Origin: an uncultured virus (IMG/VR IMGVR_UViG_2541047343_000006)
Taxonomy: Duplodnaviria > Heunggongvirae > Uroviricota > Caudoviricetes
IMG/VR virus record: IMGVR_UViG_2541047343_000006
Location: 62,001-126,000 of that record
Direction: 5' to 3' (one strand)
DNA: 64,000 bases
Position 1 is the stretch's first letter; each line of letters begins with the position of its first letter. The notes under the pieces are model-generated. The model did no database searches. It had not been told where the DNA came from and saw only the letters and a list, made by a program, of their open reading frames with translations. The position numbers and the translations under genes are program-made. Positions 28,299 through 39,337 of the stretch are shown piece by piece.

Positions 28299-29751
28299 AA
28301 AAGATTATACTTTAGACCAAATAAAGTACTTAAATGAACAATTAAGACAAAGAAATTATGCAATGATAGAAAATACTATAAATCTATCAAATGAAATGTA
28401 TAAAATAAGAAATATAAGTAGAGACCAAGTAAGAAAAGCTATGACAGACCCTTACAAAAACGTAGAATTACTACAAAAGGTAAGTCTTTTGCTTAAAGAA
28501 ACATCCGGTACATATAAAAGAATTCTAAATATGATTTCAACCATGAATACATTTGACCATTATATTATACCAATAAATATTTCTAAATTTAAAGATAAAA
28601 ATGATTATGTCAACTCTTTTTTTAAGTCAGCTGCACTTCTAAAAAAATATCAACTTAAACATATTTGTCCTTGGATAACTGAAAAAGTGTTAGAACAAGG
28701 AGAAATATATCTATATAAAATTGAAGATTCAAAATGCATAATGATGCAACAAATACCAGCCTCTTATTGTACAATAACATCTAAAGTAAATGGAGTATTA
28801 AGGTATGGAATTGATTTACGGAAAATAAATAAAAAGACTCTATCAGCATTTCCAGTAGAAGTTCAAGAAGCATATAAAAAATTGAATGATGGAAGATTAA
28901 AAAAAGAAGACTTAATAGAAAATAAGTATTATGAATTAAGTGATAATGCTGTGGCATTTAATATAGATATTGATTCGACAAAAGGAATACCATTTTTTAG
29001 TTTTTTATTTGATGATATCCTGGAACTCGAAGATATGAAAGATTTAAAGGGTTCTAATGCTATCATTGAAAGCATTAAGTTAATACATGGGAAAGTTCCT
29101 TATGGTAAAAATGATGAGCCATTAGTTGCTTTTGATTTATTAAGTGCATACTACCATGATATAAAATCAAACTTACCAGCTGGTACATCTGTAGCAGTTA
29201 CTCCACTAGATATGGAAGGAATTAATCTAAGTGATGGAAAATCAAAGATTAATGATTATGTTAAAGAAGCAAAAGAATTTATATTTGATAATGCTGGAAT
29301 TAATACAGCTCTTTTTAACTCAGATAAAATAAATACAGAATCAATTGCAGATGGTGTTATAGCAGATAGTTTAATACCTATGAGGATTCAAAATGAAATA
29401 GAGACATGGATAAATTATGAACTAAATAAAAAGAACTCATCAAAAGCATTCCAACTTTACTTTGTTGGTACAACTCATTTTAACCAATCTAAAATATCAC
29501 AACAACTTAGAGAAAATATAAATAGTGTAGGAGATAGTAGAACAGTATATTTAGCTAGTACTGGAAAAGAGCCAATTGAAATTGCTAATTTATATAAGGC
29601 AGAACAATTAATGGAAATAGATGATTTATTACCAGTTAAACAGGCTTCATATACATTTTCAAATAATGATGTTGGAAGACCTACTAATGAAGACAAAGGT
29701 GATGGTGGTACAAATGGAAATAAAGCAGATAGAAAAGATGAAAACAAATAA
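28267..29751 (+). CDS. Portal protein
   Basis: 494 aa directly after terL; GIPFF and GRP tail. Confidence 0.75.
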   Translation: METIIELKEDKKDYTLDQIKYLNEQLRQRNYAMIENTINLSNEMYKIRNISRDQVRKAMTDPYKNVELLQKVSLLLKETSGTYKRILNMISTMNTFDHYIIPINISKFKDKNDYVNSFFKSAALLKKYQLKHICPWITEKVLEQGEIYLYKIEDSKCIMMQQIPASYCTITSKVNGVLRYGIDLRKINKKTLSAFPVEVQEAYKKLNDGRLKKEDLIENKYYELSDNAVAFNIDIDSTKGIPFFSFLFDDILELEDMKDLKGSNAIIESIKLIHGKVPYGKNDEPLVAFDLLSAYYHDIKSNLPAGTSVAVTPLDMEGINLSDGKSKINDYVKEAKEFIFDNAGINTALFNSDKINTESIADGVIADSLIPMRIQNEIETWINYELNKKNSSKAFQLYFVGTTHFNQSKISQQLRENINSVGDSRTVYLASTGKEPIEIANLYKAEQLMEIDDLLPVKQASYTFSNNDVGRPTNEDKGDGGTNGNKADRKDENK

Positions 29752-29941
29752 TAAAAGGTTTATTATTGCATTTACAAGTGATAAAAAAGACGAATTAATG
29801 AAAAAAGGATTTGCTTTTATTAACAAAAATAAATATGGAGAAGAATCATTTTATTTATTTGAAAATAAGCCTGATGAGATACTTAATTTTAGTAAGGAAG
29901 ATTTTAAAGATATAGGTTTTAGCGATGTAATGTTTGTTTAA
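29738..29941 (+). CDS. Small head-module protein
   Basis: MKTNNKRFI...YLFEN. Confidence 0.55.
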   Translation: MKTNNKRFIIAFTSDKKDELMKKGFAFINKNKYGEESFYLFENKPDEILNFSKEDFKDIGFSDVMFV

Positions 29942-29953
29942 GGAGGTGAGAGA

Positions 29954-31336
29954 TTGAAAGTAGTTAGTATTCCATGTGGATTTGAGACATTTTCTAATGA
30001 AGAGGATGATAGAAAATTAAATGTAAAATTAAAGATTTTACATGAAGGTAAAAATTTAAATAAAACTAAGTTTAATTTGTCAACTATAAATGAAGCAGAA
30101 TCAACTTTATCAGATATACCAATACTTGGATATATAAAATATGATGAAGAACAAAATGTGGTAGATTTTGATGAGCATAATATGATAACTAAAGTTGTAA
30201 AGGATGATAATGGTTATTCTATAGAGTATAAATTCTTAGAAAGACCACTTGGTGTGATTCCAAATAATACAGAGATAACTTATACAGAAGAAGATGGAAA
30301 GACATATTTAAACTGTACAGGACTTATTTGGAAGCATTATTCTAATTCAGCATATCAATTATTGACAGAGTCAAAGTCAAAAAGTGTAAGTATGGAAATA
30401 GCAGTTGAAGATGGAGCGCTTGATAAAGCTGATGGTTATTATAATATTAAAAAATTTAGTTTTTTAGGAATTACTATTTTAGGAGATGATGTTGCTCCTG
30501 GAATTGAAGGGGCATCTATAAATACATATAGTAATTTTTCAAAATATAAAAAGGCAATCTATGATATTTACAAAGAAATGTATTCATTTAAAGGGAAGGA
30601 GGAAAATGTATTGGATAAAAAGAAAAATGATTTATTATCAATAGAAGAGATAGATACTTCTATTAATAGTCAATTAAAAAATAAGATGGTTGAGGTTGAA
30701 GACCCTTACTGGGGAGGTAAATACACAGCTAGAGAATATTATTTAAGAACTATTCTCCCTGAAGAAAAAATAGCTATATTAGAAGACAATATAAATTATT
30801 GTAATTATTATGGTGTACCATATTCTATAGATGGAGATGATGTTTTTTTAGATTATGAAAACAGAAAATCATATATAGAAGAATGGAGAGAGAAAAAAGA
30901 AGGAGAAGTTATAGAAACTTTTTCTAAAGAAGATACTTTAAAAGAATTAGTCCTTGAAAAGTTTAATGAAAAAGAGATTGAAATAAAAAATCTGACTGAA
31001 GAGTTGGAAAGTTTAAGAAAATTTAAGGCTGACAAAGAAATGGAAGAATATAAAGTAGAAGTTTCTAGTGTTATCTCAGAATTTAATTCTTTAACAGAAG
31101 AGGAAGTTAAGACTTTTAAAGAATCTGCTATAAAGAAAGAGATATCTTTAGAAGATTTAAGAAAAGAGTTGAGTTTACTTGATTATGCTAAGTTAAAAGA
31201 AAACACAAAGAAATTTAATTCTGATAAGGGACTTATAGTTGAAGAAGCAAAAATAAATTTTTCATCTACATTAGAAGATGAAAATAAAAATACAAAATCA
31301 TATGAACAAATATTAAGAAAACACTCAAATAAGTAG
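29954..31336 (+). CDS. Prohead protease/scaffold protein
   Basis: HEGKNLN, IPILG, SVSMEI, F.GITILG..V.PG; coiled-coil C terminus. Confidence 0.75.
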   Translation: MKVVSIPCGFETFSNEEDDRKLNVKLKILHEGKNLNKTKFNLSTINEAESTLSDIPILGYIKYDEEQNVVDFDEHNMITKVVKDDNGYSIEYKFLERPLGVIPNNTEITYTEEDGKTYLNCTGLIWKHYSNSAYQLLTESKSKSVSMEIAVEDGALDKADGYYNIKKFSFLGITILGDDVAPGIEGASINTYSNFSKYKKAIYDIYKEMYSFKGKEENVLDKKKNDLLSIEEIDTSINSQLKNKMVEVEDPYWGGKYTAREYYLRTILPEEKIAILEDNINYCNYYGVPYSIDGDDVFLDYENRKSYIEEWREKKEGEVIETFSKEDTLKELVLEKFNEKEIEIKNLTEELESLRKFKADKEMEEYKVEVSSVISEFNSLTEEEVKTFKESAIKKEISLEDLRKELSLLDYAKLKENTKKFNSDKGLIVEEAKINFSSTLEDENKNTKSYEQILRKHSNK

Positions 31337-31376
31337 TGTTTATTTTTATGAAAAAAATAAAAAAGGAGATATAAAA

Positions 31377-31835
31377 ATGGCAGATAAAGCGATATTAAAT
31401 TGTGATATAGACAAGTACCCAGACGTTGTAACAGCAAAAAATGGAAGTGATGTATTAGAAAATGGTGCAATAGTTGCATTAGGTGGCTTAGTCGATTCAG
31501 AGCTAGGAAACGATTGTTATAAAATAGAAAAATTATCAGAAGGATGTAGATTTGGAATTTTAGATAGTGTTGCACTTCAATATGATGAAAGATTGGATGA
31601 AAGAGATTATGAATTAAAAGCAAGTGAAATAGATAGAGTTAGATTACCTCATAAGGGATTATGTATGACATTAGCTAAAAAACATTTTGATGGTGTAGTA
31701 GCTGTTGGTGATGAATTGGAACTTAAGGCAGATACCTATAAGTTGACAAAAAAAACTACAGGTTTAGTAGTTGCAAGAGTTGAAGAGTTATATAACTTTA
31801 ATGGACAAGATTCTGTATATGTATCTTTTATGTAA
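31377..31835 (+). CDS. Capsid decoration protein (putative)
   Basis: LENG.IV.LG motif; lies between protease and capsid genes. Confidence 0.55.
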   Translation: MADKAILNCDIDKYPDVVTAKNGSDVLENGAIVALGGLVDSELGNDCYKIEKLSEGCRFGILDSVALQYDERLDERDYELKASEIDRVRLPHKGLCMTLAKKHFDGVVAVGDELELKADTYKLTKKTTGLVVARVEELYNFNGQDSVYVSFM

Positions 31836-31904
31836 TAACAAGTAGATGAACTGGAAACAGTTCTTTTTTTATGCAAAAAATGACTAATGAAAGGTGGAAA
31901 AAAG

Positions 31905-32876
31905 ATGGCTATAGATATAATAGCATTAAAAGATTTATCAAATGATATATTAAATAGAAAAGTAAAAAATTATGCTCAATGTGAAGATGCATTAAGAAAA
32001 GAAATAATAGATATATGTGGAGGTAAGTGGGGACAATATACGTTCTTTGAAAATAAATATAAGATATTCCAGATATTATCTGAAACAATAACTGATAAAG
32101 TAAATAGATTAACTGAAGAAGCATTTTCAGATTTTTGTGATGTAGAAAACTTTGATTTAGGAAATAAAAAAGAATTTACAGTTAAAAATACTGATTTATT
32201 AAGAATTGCAAATATAGCTGAAGGTAAAAACAGTACAAGAAGACAAAGATTATTAGGAAAAAAAGTTCCTACATCTGCATTTAAATTAGCAATAGCTATA
32301 TATGAAGAATTTGATAGATTTATAACTGGAAGAATAGATTGGTCTGAAATGGTAGACAGAGTATCTTCTACATTCCAACATCATATAGCAGAGGCAATAG
32401 CATCTACTATGGAAGGAGCTTATACATCTGTACATACTAATTTAAAAACTAGTGCTGCTTATTCAGATAGAGACTTAAAGAAAATAGTTAACAAAGTCAA
32501 AGGTGCTACTGGACAATCTGTAGCTATATATGGAACTCCAGAGGCAGTAGGAAATATAGAAGGTGTTGGAGCTGACTTAGATAAAGACGACAAGAGAAAC
32601 TTTGGATATGTTAAAAATTTTAGTGGAACACCTGTAATAGAATTACCTAATTATTATGATGTTGAGAGAGATAAATGGGCATTAAGCAATAATATTTTAT
32701 ATGTTATACCAAATGATGAGAAGATAATTAAATTAGGTTTTGAAGGTGACACATTGATAATAGAAAATACTGATGGAACAGTTAGAGATGACCAACAAAT
32801 AGAGATGTTTATGTCAAGAAAAATGCACCTAGGTGTTGTTGTGGCTTCTAAGTTTGGAATGTATAAAATACAATAA
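31905..32876 (+). CDS. Major capsid protein
   Basis: About 323 aa; position; G.PVIELPN; a terminator precedes it. Confidence 0.75.
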   Translation: MAIDIIALKDLSNDILNRKVKNYAQCEDALRKEIIDICGGKWGQYTFFENKYKIFQILSETITDKVNRLTEEAFSDFCDVENFDLGNKKEFTVKNTDLLRIANIAEGKNSTRRQRLLGKKVPTSAFKLAIAIYEEFDRFITGRIDWSEMVDRVSSTFQHHIAEAIASTMEGAYTSVHTNLKTSAAYSDRDLKKIVNKVKGATGQSVAIYGTPEAVGNIEGVGADLDKDDKRNFGYVKNFSGTPVIELPNYYDVERDKWALSNNILYVIPNDEKIIKLGFEGDTLIIENTDGTVRDDQQIEMFMSRKMHLGVVVASKFGMYKIQ

Positions 32877-32900
32877 TATTATTTAGAAGGGAGATTAAAA

Positions 32901-33494
32901 ATGGCTGGAAAAGCAAAAAAAGAAGTTTTAAATGAAATTGAACAAATTAATGAAAATAAAATATTGCAAAAGAAGAGTTCAAGAAAAACATATAAACAAT
33001 TGAGAAGTGAATTAAGGAAGCTTAAAGATGAAATAGAAGTTGAGATAATGAACTTAGATACTGGTACTGTTCTTTATAGAGATAGAGATGAAAGACTAAT
33101 ATTTGAAATGAATAAAGCTGGAGAAAAAACATTTATATTATTGTCTGATTTATATGAGATATCAAATAAACATAGAGGGTATTTTGAAAACTATCTTATA
33201 ACTATAATTGATGTTGATAGTGATGATTATACTGTTGAAGATATATTAGAATATTTAAACTTAAAGGATATGTATGAGTATTTAGATGAATATGATTTAG
33301 ACTATATAAATCATATATTATTAAAATTAGATAATGATAAGTTTGTTAATCTAGTAGAAAAAGCTAATTATGGTTTGATAGAGTGCCTAGGTTCAAGGGT
33401 AATCGAATTATATAAAAAAGGTAAATTTGATTCTCACTATAAGGAACGTTTAATAGCTACTAGACTAGGTTTACAAAGCTTATTTGAGGACTAG
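32901..33494 (+). CDS. Head-module hypothetical protein
   Basis: ORF after the capsid gene. Confidence 0.6.
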   Translation: MAGKAKKEVLNEIEQINENKILQKKSSRKTYKQLRSELRKLKDEIEVEIMNLDTGTVLYRDRDERLIFEMNKAGEKTFILLSDLYEISNKHRGYFENYLITIIDVDSDDYTVEDILEYLNLKDMYEYLDEYDLDYINHILLKLDNDKFVNLVEKANYGLIECLGSRVIELYKKGKFDSHYKERLIATRLGLQSLFED

Positions 33495-33539
33495 GGTGGT
33501 GTTATACATCACCTATTTTGTTGAAAGAGTGGTGATGAT

Positions 33540-34175
33540 ATGGCTACACCAGTAAAAGATATATATAAACAATTTCTTTCTTTAATAAATGATGAGGAGA
33601 TGTTGTTACTTGAAGAAGAAATAATTGAAGAAATGATGTATTCATATCTTCAAAAAGCTATATTTGATTTTTACGAATGTAGAAAAGAATTATCCATAAT
33701 AGGACAGGAAGAATTATGTATTACAATTCCAATTGGCCAATCAGAATTTATTATTGAATATAATAATCAATTTGCAGAAATAAAACTAATAGGAAAATAC
33801 ACAGATAAAGAATATGAAATCAATAAAGATTATACTATAAAGTATAAAGAGGAAGACTGTACAATAATCTTTGAAACAGAAACAGAGGAAGAAATCTTAT
33901 TTAAGAGTAAATATCTAGGAGAAATAATTTCAGACCTTGATTTAGATGAAATAATTATATTAGCTTATGGAATGATGATTTGGTGGCTTCAACCTAAGAT
34001 TCTTAGAGAAGAAAATTTAAAGCAGATGTTAACAGATTCAGACTATAATACTAAGTCTGGTGCTAATATGTTAGCAAAACTTTGTTCATTAGAAATTCAG
34101 ATTAGAGAGCAACTTGCCAAATATAAGACAAGGTATTCATACAAAGGGTTTAAAGGTTGGGATAAAATTGAGTAG
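33540..34175 (+). CDS. Putative head-tail adaptor
   Basis: MATP..IY..FL; EIIILAYGM..WL; position. Confidence 0.5.
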   Translation: MATPVKDIYKQFLSLINDEEMLLLEEEIIEEMMYSYLQKAIFDFYECRKELSIIGQEELCITIPIGQSEFIIEYNNQFAEIKLIGKYTDKEYEINKDYTIKYKEEDCTIIFETETEEEILFKSKYLGEIISDLDLDEIIILAYGMMIWWLQPKILREENLKQMLTDSDYNTKSGANMLAKLCSLEIQIREQLAKYKTRYSYKGFKGWDKIE

Positions 34176-35160
34176 TTATATTAATAATTTTAAAAAAAGA
34201 ATTGGACTAGGATGTTCAACACCTAAAAAAAAAAGAATATTACAACTAAGATTAAGTTTTAAGAAATATTTAAAAGAAACACCAACCTGTATTGAAGTTC
34301 CTATAACTGATATAGATGAAATTTGTATAACCGAAGATACTAAAAAAGCTGTAGTTTCAATTAATGATATAACTAATAATGATAAAAGAGCTTTAGATGA
34401 AAAAAATCTATTAGTTGAATCTGATTTAAATGTAGATGTGGGTTGCTATCTTTTCTATGATAATTGTTATTGGCTAACTATATTTAAAGAACATAAAGAA
34501 ATGGATACATATAAACATTTCATAATAAAAAGATGCAATCAATTCTTTAATTATAAATATAAAGGTCAGATGTATAAAATCCCTATAGCTGTTGAAAATT
34601 TAACCTTATATTCTGATGGTATGGCAGATAATAAATATACTTCTATCTCAGATACAAAAAGACAACTTTATTTTGGAAGTAATCCTGTCACTAAAACTAT
34701 AGATATTGACACTAGAATAATGTTAACTGGTAAAACTGTATTTAGAGTTACTAGTATTAATGACTTTGAGTATAATGGCAGAGAAACAGGAGCAGATGGT
34801 CTTATTAAAGCTATTTGTTTACAAGATGCATTGATTTCAAAAGATGATACAGTAAATAATATAGCTTGGAATGATCTATCTGAAAATGATAGTGTAATTA
34901 TTCCTTTCAGTAAGATTATAGGGGATGGATTTATTAATCTAGGTGAAGAAAATGAATACAGAATAGACCATTCTCAAGGAGTTAAATGGCTCTTAGACAA
35001 GCAATACAGATATTGTGATATAATTTATCAAGATGAGAAAAGATGTGTCATACAGGCTAATACATTGGCTAAGTATTCTGGCTTAGAAGCCTTGCTATTG
35101 GCTAAAGATAAAGATACAAATGAAATAATAGATACTAAAAAAATAACACTAAGGGGGTAG
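34168..35160 (+). CDS. Putative head closure/neck protein
   Basis: Position; YWL...IKRCN. Confidence 0.5.
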   Translation: MSSYINNFKKRIGLGCSTPKKKRILQLRLSFKKYLKETPTCIEVPITDIDEICITEDTKKAVVSINDITNNDKRALDEKNLLVESDLNVDVGCYLFYDNCYWLTIFKEHKEMDTYKHFIIKRCNQFFNYKYKGQMYKIPIAVENLTLYSDGMADNKYTSISDTKRQLYFGSNPVTKTIDIDTRIMLTGKTVFRVTSINDFEYNGRETGADGLIKAICLQDALISKDDTVNNIAWNDLSENDSVIIPFSKIIGDGFINLGEENEYRIDHSQGVKWLLDKQYRYCDIIYQDEKRCVIQANTLAKYSGLEALLLAKDKDTNEIIDTKKITLRG

Positions 35161-35174
35161 ATATATGGGTCTAT

Positions 35175-35669
35175 ATGGCTTTCCCTAACAAGATGATAAG
35201 TAATATAGGAACAACTCTAATGTCAAATCAAGACTTCGCTAAATTTATGATTTATAATAATGAATCACAAAAAGATATTTTATCCATGCCTGATATAAAA
35301 AATCCAGTTAAAGAGCTTAGAAACAAGAAAGTGTTTTTTAATAGAAGAGTAGAAAAAGTATTAAAAGAAGCAGATGTTTCTGTTTACATAACATTATTTA
35401 AATATAATCTTTATAAAGATAGAAGTAGAATAATAAAAACTACTAATATTGAAATTGGTGTAGTATGCCATGATGAATGCCAAGATACTTTTAATGGACT
35501 AAGAGATGCCGCATTAGTATGTTGTATAGTGGACACAATCACTGAAAATGAGGAGATAGCAGGTATAGGAAAAATAAAATTAGAGAGCTGTTCCCCCATG
35601 TTTAATTTAGATACAAGTTATAATGGATTTAGCATAGTTGTATCATCTGAAAGTTTTGGTGATATGTAA
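35175..35669 (+). CDS. Putative tail terminator/neck protein
   Basis: Position; GIGK motif. Confidence 0.45.
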   Translation: MAFPNKMISNIGTTLMSNQDFAKFMIYNNESQKDILSMPDIKNPVKELRNKKVFFNRRVEKVLKEADVSVYITLFKYNLYKDRSRIIKTTNIEIGVVCHDECQDTFNGLRDAALVCCIVDTITENEEIAGIGKIKLESCSPMFNLDTSYNGFSIVVSSESFGDM

Positions 35670-36472
35670 TGTTGGAAAATTATTATATTACAGGATTACC
35701 AATTAAGCTAAGTGAAATATTAGGAACTGTATATCAACCTACTATTGAAGAACTTATTAAACTGGATATAGCTAATTTAGAGATAGTTAACCCTTTTTTA
35801 ATACTTGAGAAGAATTACTCTCAGCTATGTAATAATGAATTTTTTAACTTGAAATATAAATATGACGCTATACCTATTTTAGATTTAAATATGTCAGAAT
35901 CAGATAAAGATTCTTCAAAAAAAACTGAATTACTTAGTGATAAGATAAAAAAATCTTTATCTATATTATATAAAACCGATATTGAAAATATTGAATATAT
36001 GAATAATATTAAAATCGGTATTTTAATTAAATTTGATGATAAAAAGAAAAATGCTTTTATAAGTAGAGAAGATTTTGGACTAGTATCAGATTTAATTTTG
36101 GAAATGTTTTATATTGATAAAAAGAATTTATTTAAAGATGAGGAAGATAAGTGGATTGAAAATACTGGCTCTGAAAGAGAAAAACAGTTGATTGCACACT
36201 TTAAAGAGAAGGAAAGAAAGAAAAGAGAAAAAGAAGCATATCACTTATGTGATTATATAAATGTAGTTCAAAACATAGATAGATATGTACCAATAGATGT
36301 TATTCTAAAAATGACTTATTGGCAATTAATTAATGCTTATAAGACTAAGATACAATTTAAAAATTATGATGAAAGTTTAGGCTTTGCAATGTCTTTTAAA
36401 TATCAAGTTGAGGCAGACAAGATTAAACATTGGTCTAAAGAAATAAAAATACAAACTAGCACTGTTAAATAA
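35669..36472 (+). CDS. Tail-module hypothetical protein
   Basis: 267-aa ORF; MTYWQL...HW. Confidence 0.55.
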   Translation: MLENYYITGLPIKLSEILGTVYQPTIEELIKLDIANLEIVNPFLILEKNYSQLCNNEFFNLKYKYDAIPILDLNMSESDKDSSKKTELLSDKIKKSLSILYKTDIENIEYMNNIKIGILIKFDDKKKNAFISREDFGLVSDLILEMFYIDKKNLFKDEEDKWIENTGSEREKQLIAHFKEKERKKREKEAYHLCDYINVVQNIDRYVPIDVILKMTYWQLINAYKTKIQFKNYDESLGFAMSFKYQVEADKIKHWSKEIKIQTSTVK

Positions 36473-36514
36473 CAGTGTTATTTTTTATGCAAAAAATGAG
36501 AGGATGATGAAATA

Positions 36515-37330
36515 ATGAGATTTGCAATAAAAGATGCAAGTAATATAATAGTAAAAAATAAAACAACTGGAGAACCACTTTTTTATACAGCAGATTTAAA
36601 TGCTTTTAATTTCAAATTAGATTCAGAAAGCATGTACGCAAAAGCTAAAGGTGCAAACACAATAGCATTTGATGGAGCTATAACAGCAAGTTTAGCACTT
36701 GAACAAGAGGTAATACAAATGCCACAACTAGCAATGTTATTAGCTTCTGATATGGTTGAAGAATCTGCTAAGGTTGGTAAAAGAAAATTACTAACTTCTG
36801 ATGGTACTAAGAAAGTTACTTTAGAAAATGTAAAACCAGTTACTAATAGTATATCTGCATATAGTGTTGAAAAAGATGGTATATCTTTAGTTAAGAAATT
36901 ACAGTTTACTTCAACTGTAACAGGCTCTAACACAGAAATAACAATATCTACAGCTGATTTTAATGCAGGAGATAAAGTAGCAGTGTTTTACTTAGAGGAA
37001 TTACCAAAGGCAAAAGTTATAAAAATAAAAGAAGAGTCTACTGCTCCAAACTATGTAATAGAAGCAGATGTTATGGCTAAAACTGCTGATGGTGAATATA
37101 TGGTCTTATATATGACTATACCAAATGCAAAGGCACAAAGAAGTATAGAATTAAATCTTACTGCTGAGAATCCATCTGGATTTAATATGACACTAGATGT
37201 TTTGCCAGATGAAAATAAAGAATATGTAGTATTCGCTTTTGTTGGAGATGAAGATGTTAGCCCTGTTAGAATGGCTTCTATGTTAGGTGCTGAATTAATA
37301 GACGAAAAGGATGTTAAATCTAAGAAATAG
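36515..37330 (+). CDS. Major tail tube protein
   Basis: Beta-rich; IPNAK...ELNLTAENPSGFNMTLDVL; flanked by terminators. Confidence 0.7.
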   Translation: MRFAIKDASNIIVKNKTTGEPLFYTADLNAFNFKLDSESMYAKAKGANTIAFDGAITASLALEQEVIQMPQLAMLLASDMVEESAKVGKRKLLTSDGTKKVTLENVKPVTNSISAYSVEKDGISLVKKLQFTSTVTGSNTEITISTADFNAGDKVAVFYLEELPKAKVIKIKEESTAPNYVIEADVMAKTADGEYMVLYMTIPNAKAQRSIELNLTAENPSGFNMTLDVLPDENKEYVVFAFVGDEDVSPVRMASMLGAELIDEKDVKSKK

Positions 37331-37408
37331 TGAATTTCCCTACTCAAAAGAGTAGGGTTTATTTTTTTTACGTTTAAATCTGGTTTTAATCGGATTTGAA
37401 CTTAAAAA

Positions 37409-38212
37409 ATGAAAGAAGGTGATAAAGTGGTATTTTTAGATGATAAGTTTTTATTTGATAATATTTCAAGTGAATCCATGAACATTAAATTAGTTACTTT
37501 AGGTGATGATGAAATACTAAATGAATATGGATTGCCCTACGAAGAAGCGATTAAATCTGATAGTACTTTTAATAAAAATCCTTGTTACTCAGAGGATGAA
37601 ACTACTATTGAACCTATAACACTACAATTCTGTTTGTGTAGCGAACATGGGGAGGCTTACGAATGGGATGACTATACGCTAGAAAACATATGTAATTGGT
37701 TTTGGCAGAGAGAATTTAAACCTTTTATCAGTTATGACAATATAGAAGAAATATACTATCTCAAAGCGAGAAAGATAATAAAAAGATATACAAAAGATAA
37801 AAAAGGTGTGTTAGAAATAGAGTTTCAACCATATACAAATTATGCTTATAGAAGCTTTCAAAAAGTCATAACAGTCAAAGATACAAGGGAAATTAAACTA
37901 AATAATGTATCTAATGTAGATGAAGAATATGCTCCAGTAATTGATATTGAATGTCTAAAAGATGGAGATATAACTATTAGAAATTCTACTATCAGTGATA
38001 ATGAAGAAGATAGTTTAGTTATAAGTGGATTAGAATTAAATGAAAAAATAACAATAGATAATTTATACTATACTGTTTTAAATAGTTCTGGTGAGAATAG
38101 GTTTAATATTGTTAATAGAAAGTGGATTAGGTTAAGAAGAGGTGTAAATATATTGAAGTTTACTGGAAACTGTAAAGTTTCTATTAAGTGTAAATATCCA
38201 ATAATAAAATAA
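37409..38212 (+). CDS. Distal tail (Dit)-like protein
   Basis: F.FD.ISS..MNI N terminus; EKITID...WIRLRRGVNILKFTG C terminus. Confidence 0.7.
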   Translation: MKEGDKVVFLDDKFLFDNISSESMNIKLVTLGDDEILNEYGLPYEEAIKSDSTFNKNPCYSEDETTIEPITLQFCLCSEHGEAYEWDDYTLENICNWFWQREFKPFISYDNIEEIYYLKARKIIKRYTKDKKGVLEIEFQPYTNYAYRSFQKVITVKDTREIKLNNVSNVDEEYAPVIDIECLKDGDITIRNSTISDNEEDSLVISGLELNEKITIDNLYYTVLNSSGENRFNIVNRKWIRLRRGVNILKFTGNCKVSIKCKYPIIK

Positions 38213-38225
38213 GGGAGAGGTAAAC

Positions 38226-38675
38226 ATGAATAAAATACAAGTAGATAAATTAATACAAGATGAAGTTAGGGCTATAATACCAATTATAGATGAGAATGGT
38301 AAAGAGGAATATATAGAAGTTAGAAATCCTGATAAGGAGACTAAAGAAGAAATATTAAATAAAATATGGATTGGTATGGAGAATCCTGATTTAGCATTGT
38401 CTCAAGAAGATATTCTTAAAATGTTGATTGATAAATTGACTAATATAGAGTTAAATATTGAAATAGAAGATGTGATAGATGGTAATATATCTAGTGAGTT
38501 AGAAACTACGATGTATTACATAGGTCAAATAGAAAATGAATTAACTGCATCTTTATTAATGAATACTGAGGTTAAGTTAGGTCAGATGAAGAATGAGATA
38601 TTACAGGATAGAGTTTTAAAAGAAACTGAAGAAATTGAAAAGATGAATAATATTAAAGATAAGGTAGTGAATTAG
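38226..38675 (+). CDS. Putative tail assembly chaperone
   Basis: Acidic 149-aa protein; position. Confidence 0.4.
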   Translation: MNKIQVDKLIQDEVRAIIPIIDENGKEEYIEVRNPDKETKEEILNKIWIGMENPDLALSQEDILKMLIDKLTNIELNIEIEDVIDGNISSELETTMYYIGQIENELTASLLMNTEVKLGQMKNEILQDRVLKETEEIEKMNNIKDKVVN

Positions 38676-39113
38676 ATGGAATTTAAATCATTAGATGAAC
38701 TAGTTGCCTATACAAAAAATAAGATTGCTGCATCTATGCCAGAAGTTGGAAAAGAAATGAAAGAGATAGTAAAAGGAGAAGTGAACAAACAAGTTTATTC
38801 TAATTACGCTCCATCACTTTATGATAGGACTTATGAATTGCTTAATGCAATAGATGTGTCTGAAATAACATCAAATTCTGTAGCTACAGAAATTAAAGAT
38901 AGTGGGAGTTGGTTTGATATATATAGCAAAGCACATGCTTTTCCAATGGAGCGATTTGAAAATGGAGGCGTGTGGGGACATGGAAGTACTAAATATAACC
39001 CTGTATTTAGACCTAGAACAAATATAATGGAGGAAAGTAATTCTAAGGCACAAGAGAGAGTACCTAAGTGTTTTAAATCAACTATGAATAGATTGGGAGT
39101 GCCAATAGAATAG
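38676..39113 (+). CDS. HK97 gp10-like tail completion protein (putative)
   Basis: VY..Y.P..Y.RT.EL; RPR. Confidence 0.5.
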   Translation: MEFKSLDELVAYTKNKIAASMPEVGKEMKEIVKGEVNKQVYSNYAPSLYDRTYELLNAIDVSEITSNSVATEIKDSGSWFDIYSKAHAFPMERFENGGVWGHGSTKYNPVFRPRTNIMEESNSKAQERVPKCFKSTMNRLGVPIE

Positions 39114-39337
39114 TATAAAAGATTTCCTATGCACATTTTCTTAAAATAAATAAAATTTAAAAATATATTGTAAAAGATGAAAAAGTATGATACTATTTAA
39201 AAATAGAGAATTAATATGCTAATCATATTTTTAATGTATAAATTATTGTGTTGATTCCAACAACTAAATAAAATATAAAATAACAATTAAAAATATGAAA
39301 AGTATTGGTTAAATTTTATAAAAAGGGGGATGTGTAT

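Noticed and set aside
38226..39113. Programmed tail-chaperone frameshift
   Set aside because: No clear slippery heptamer or overlapping frame was identified.
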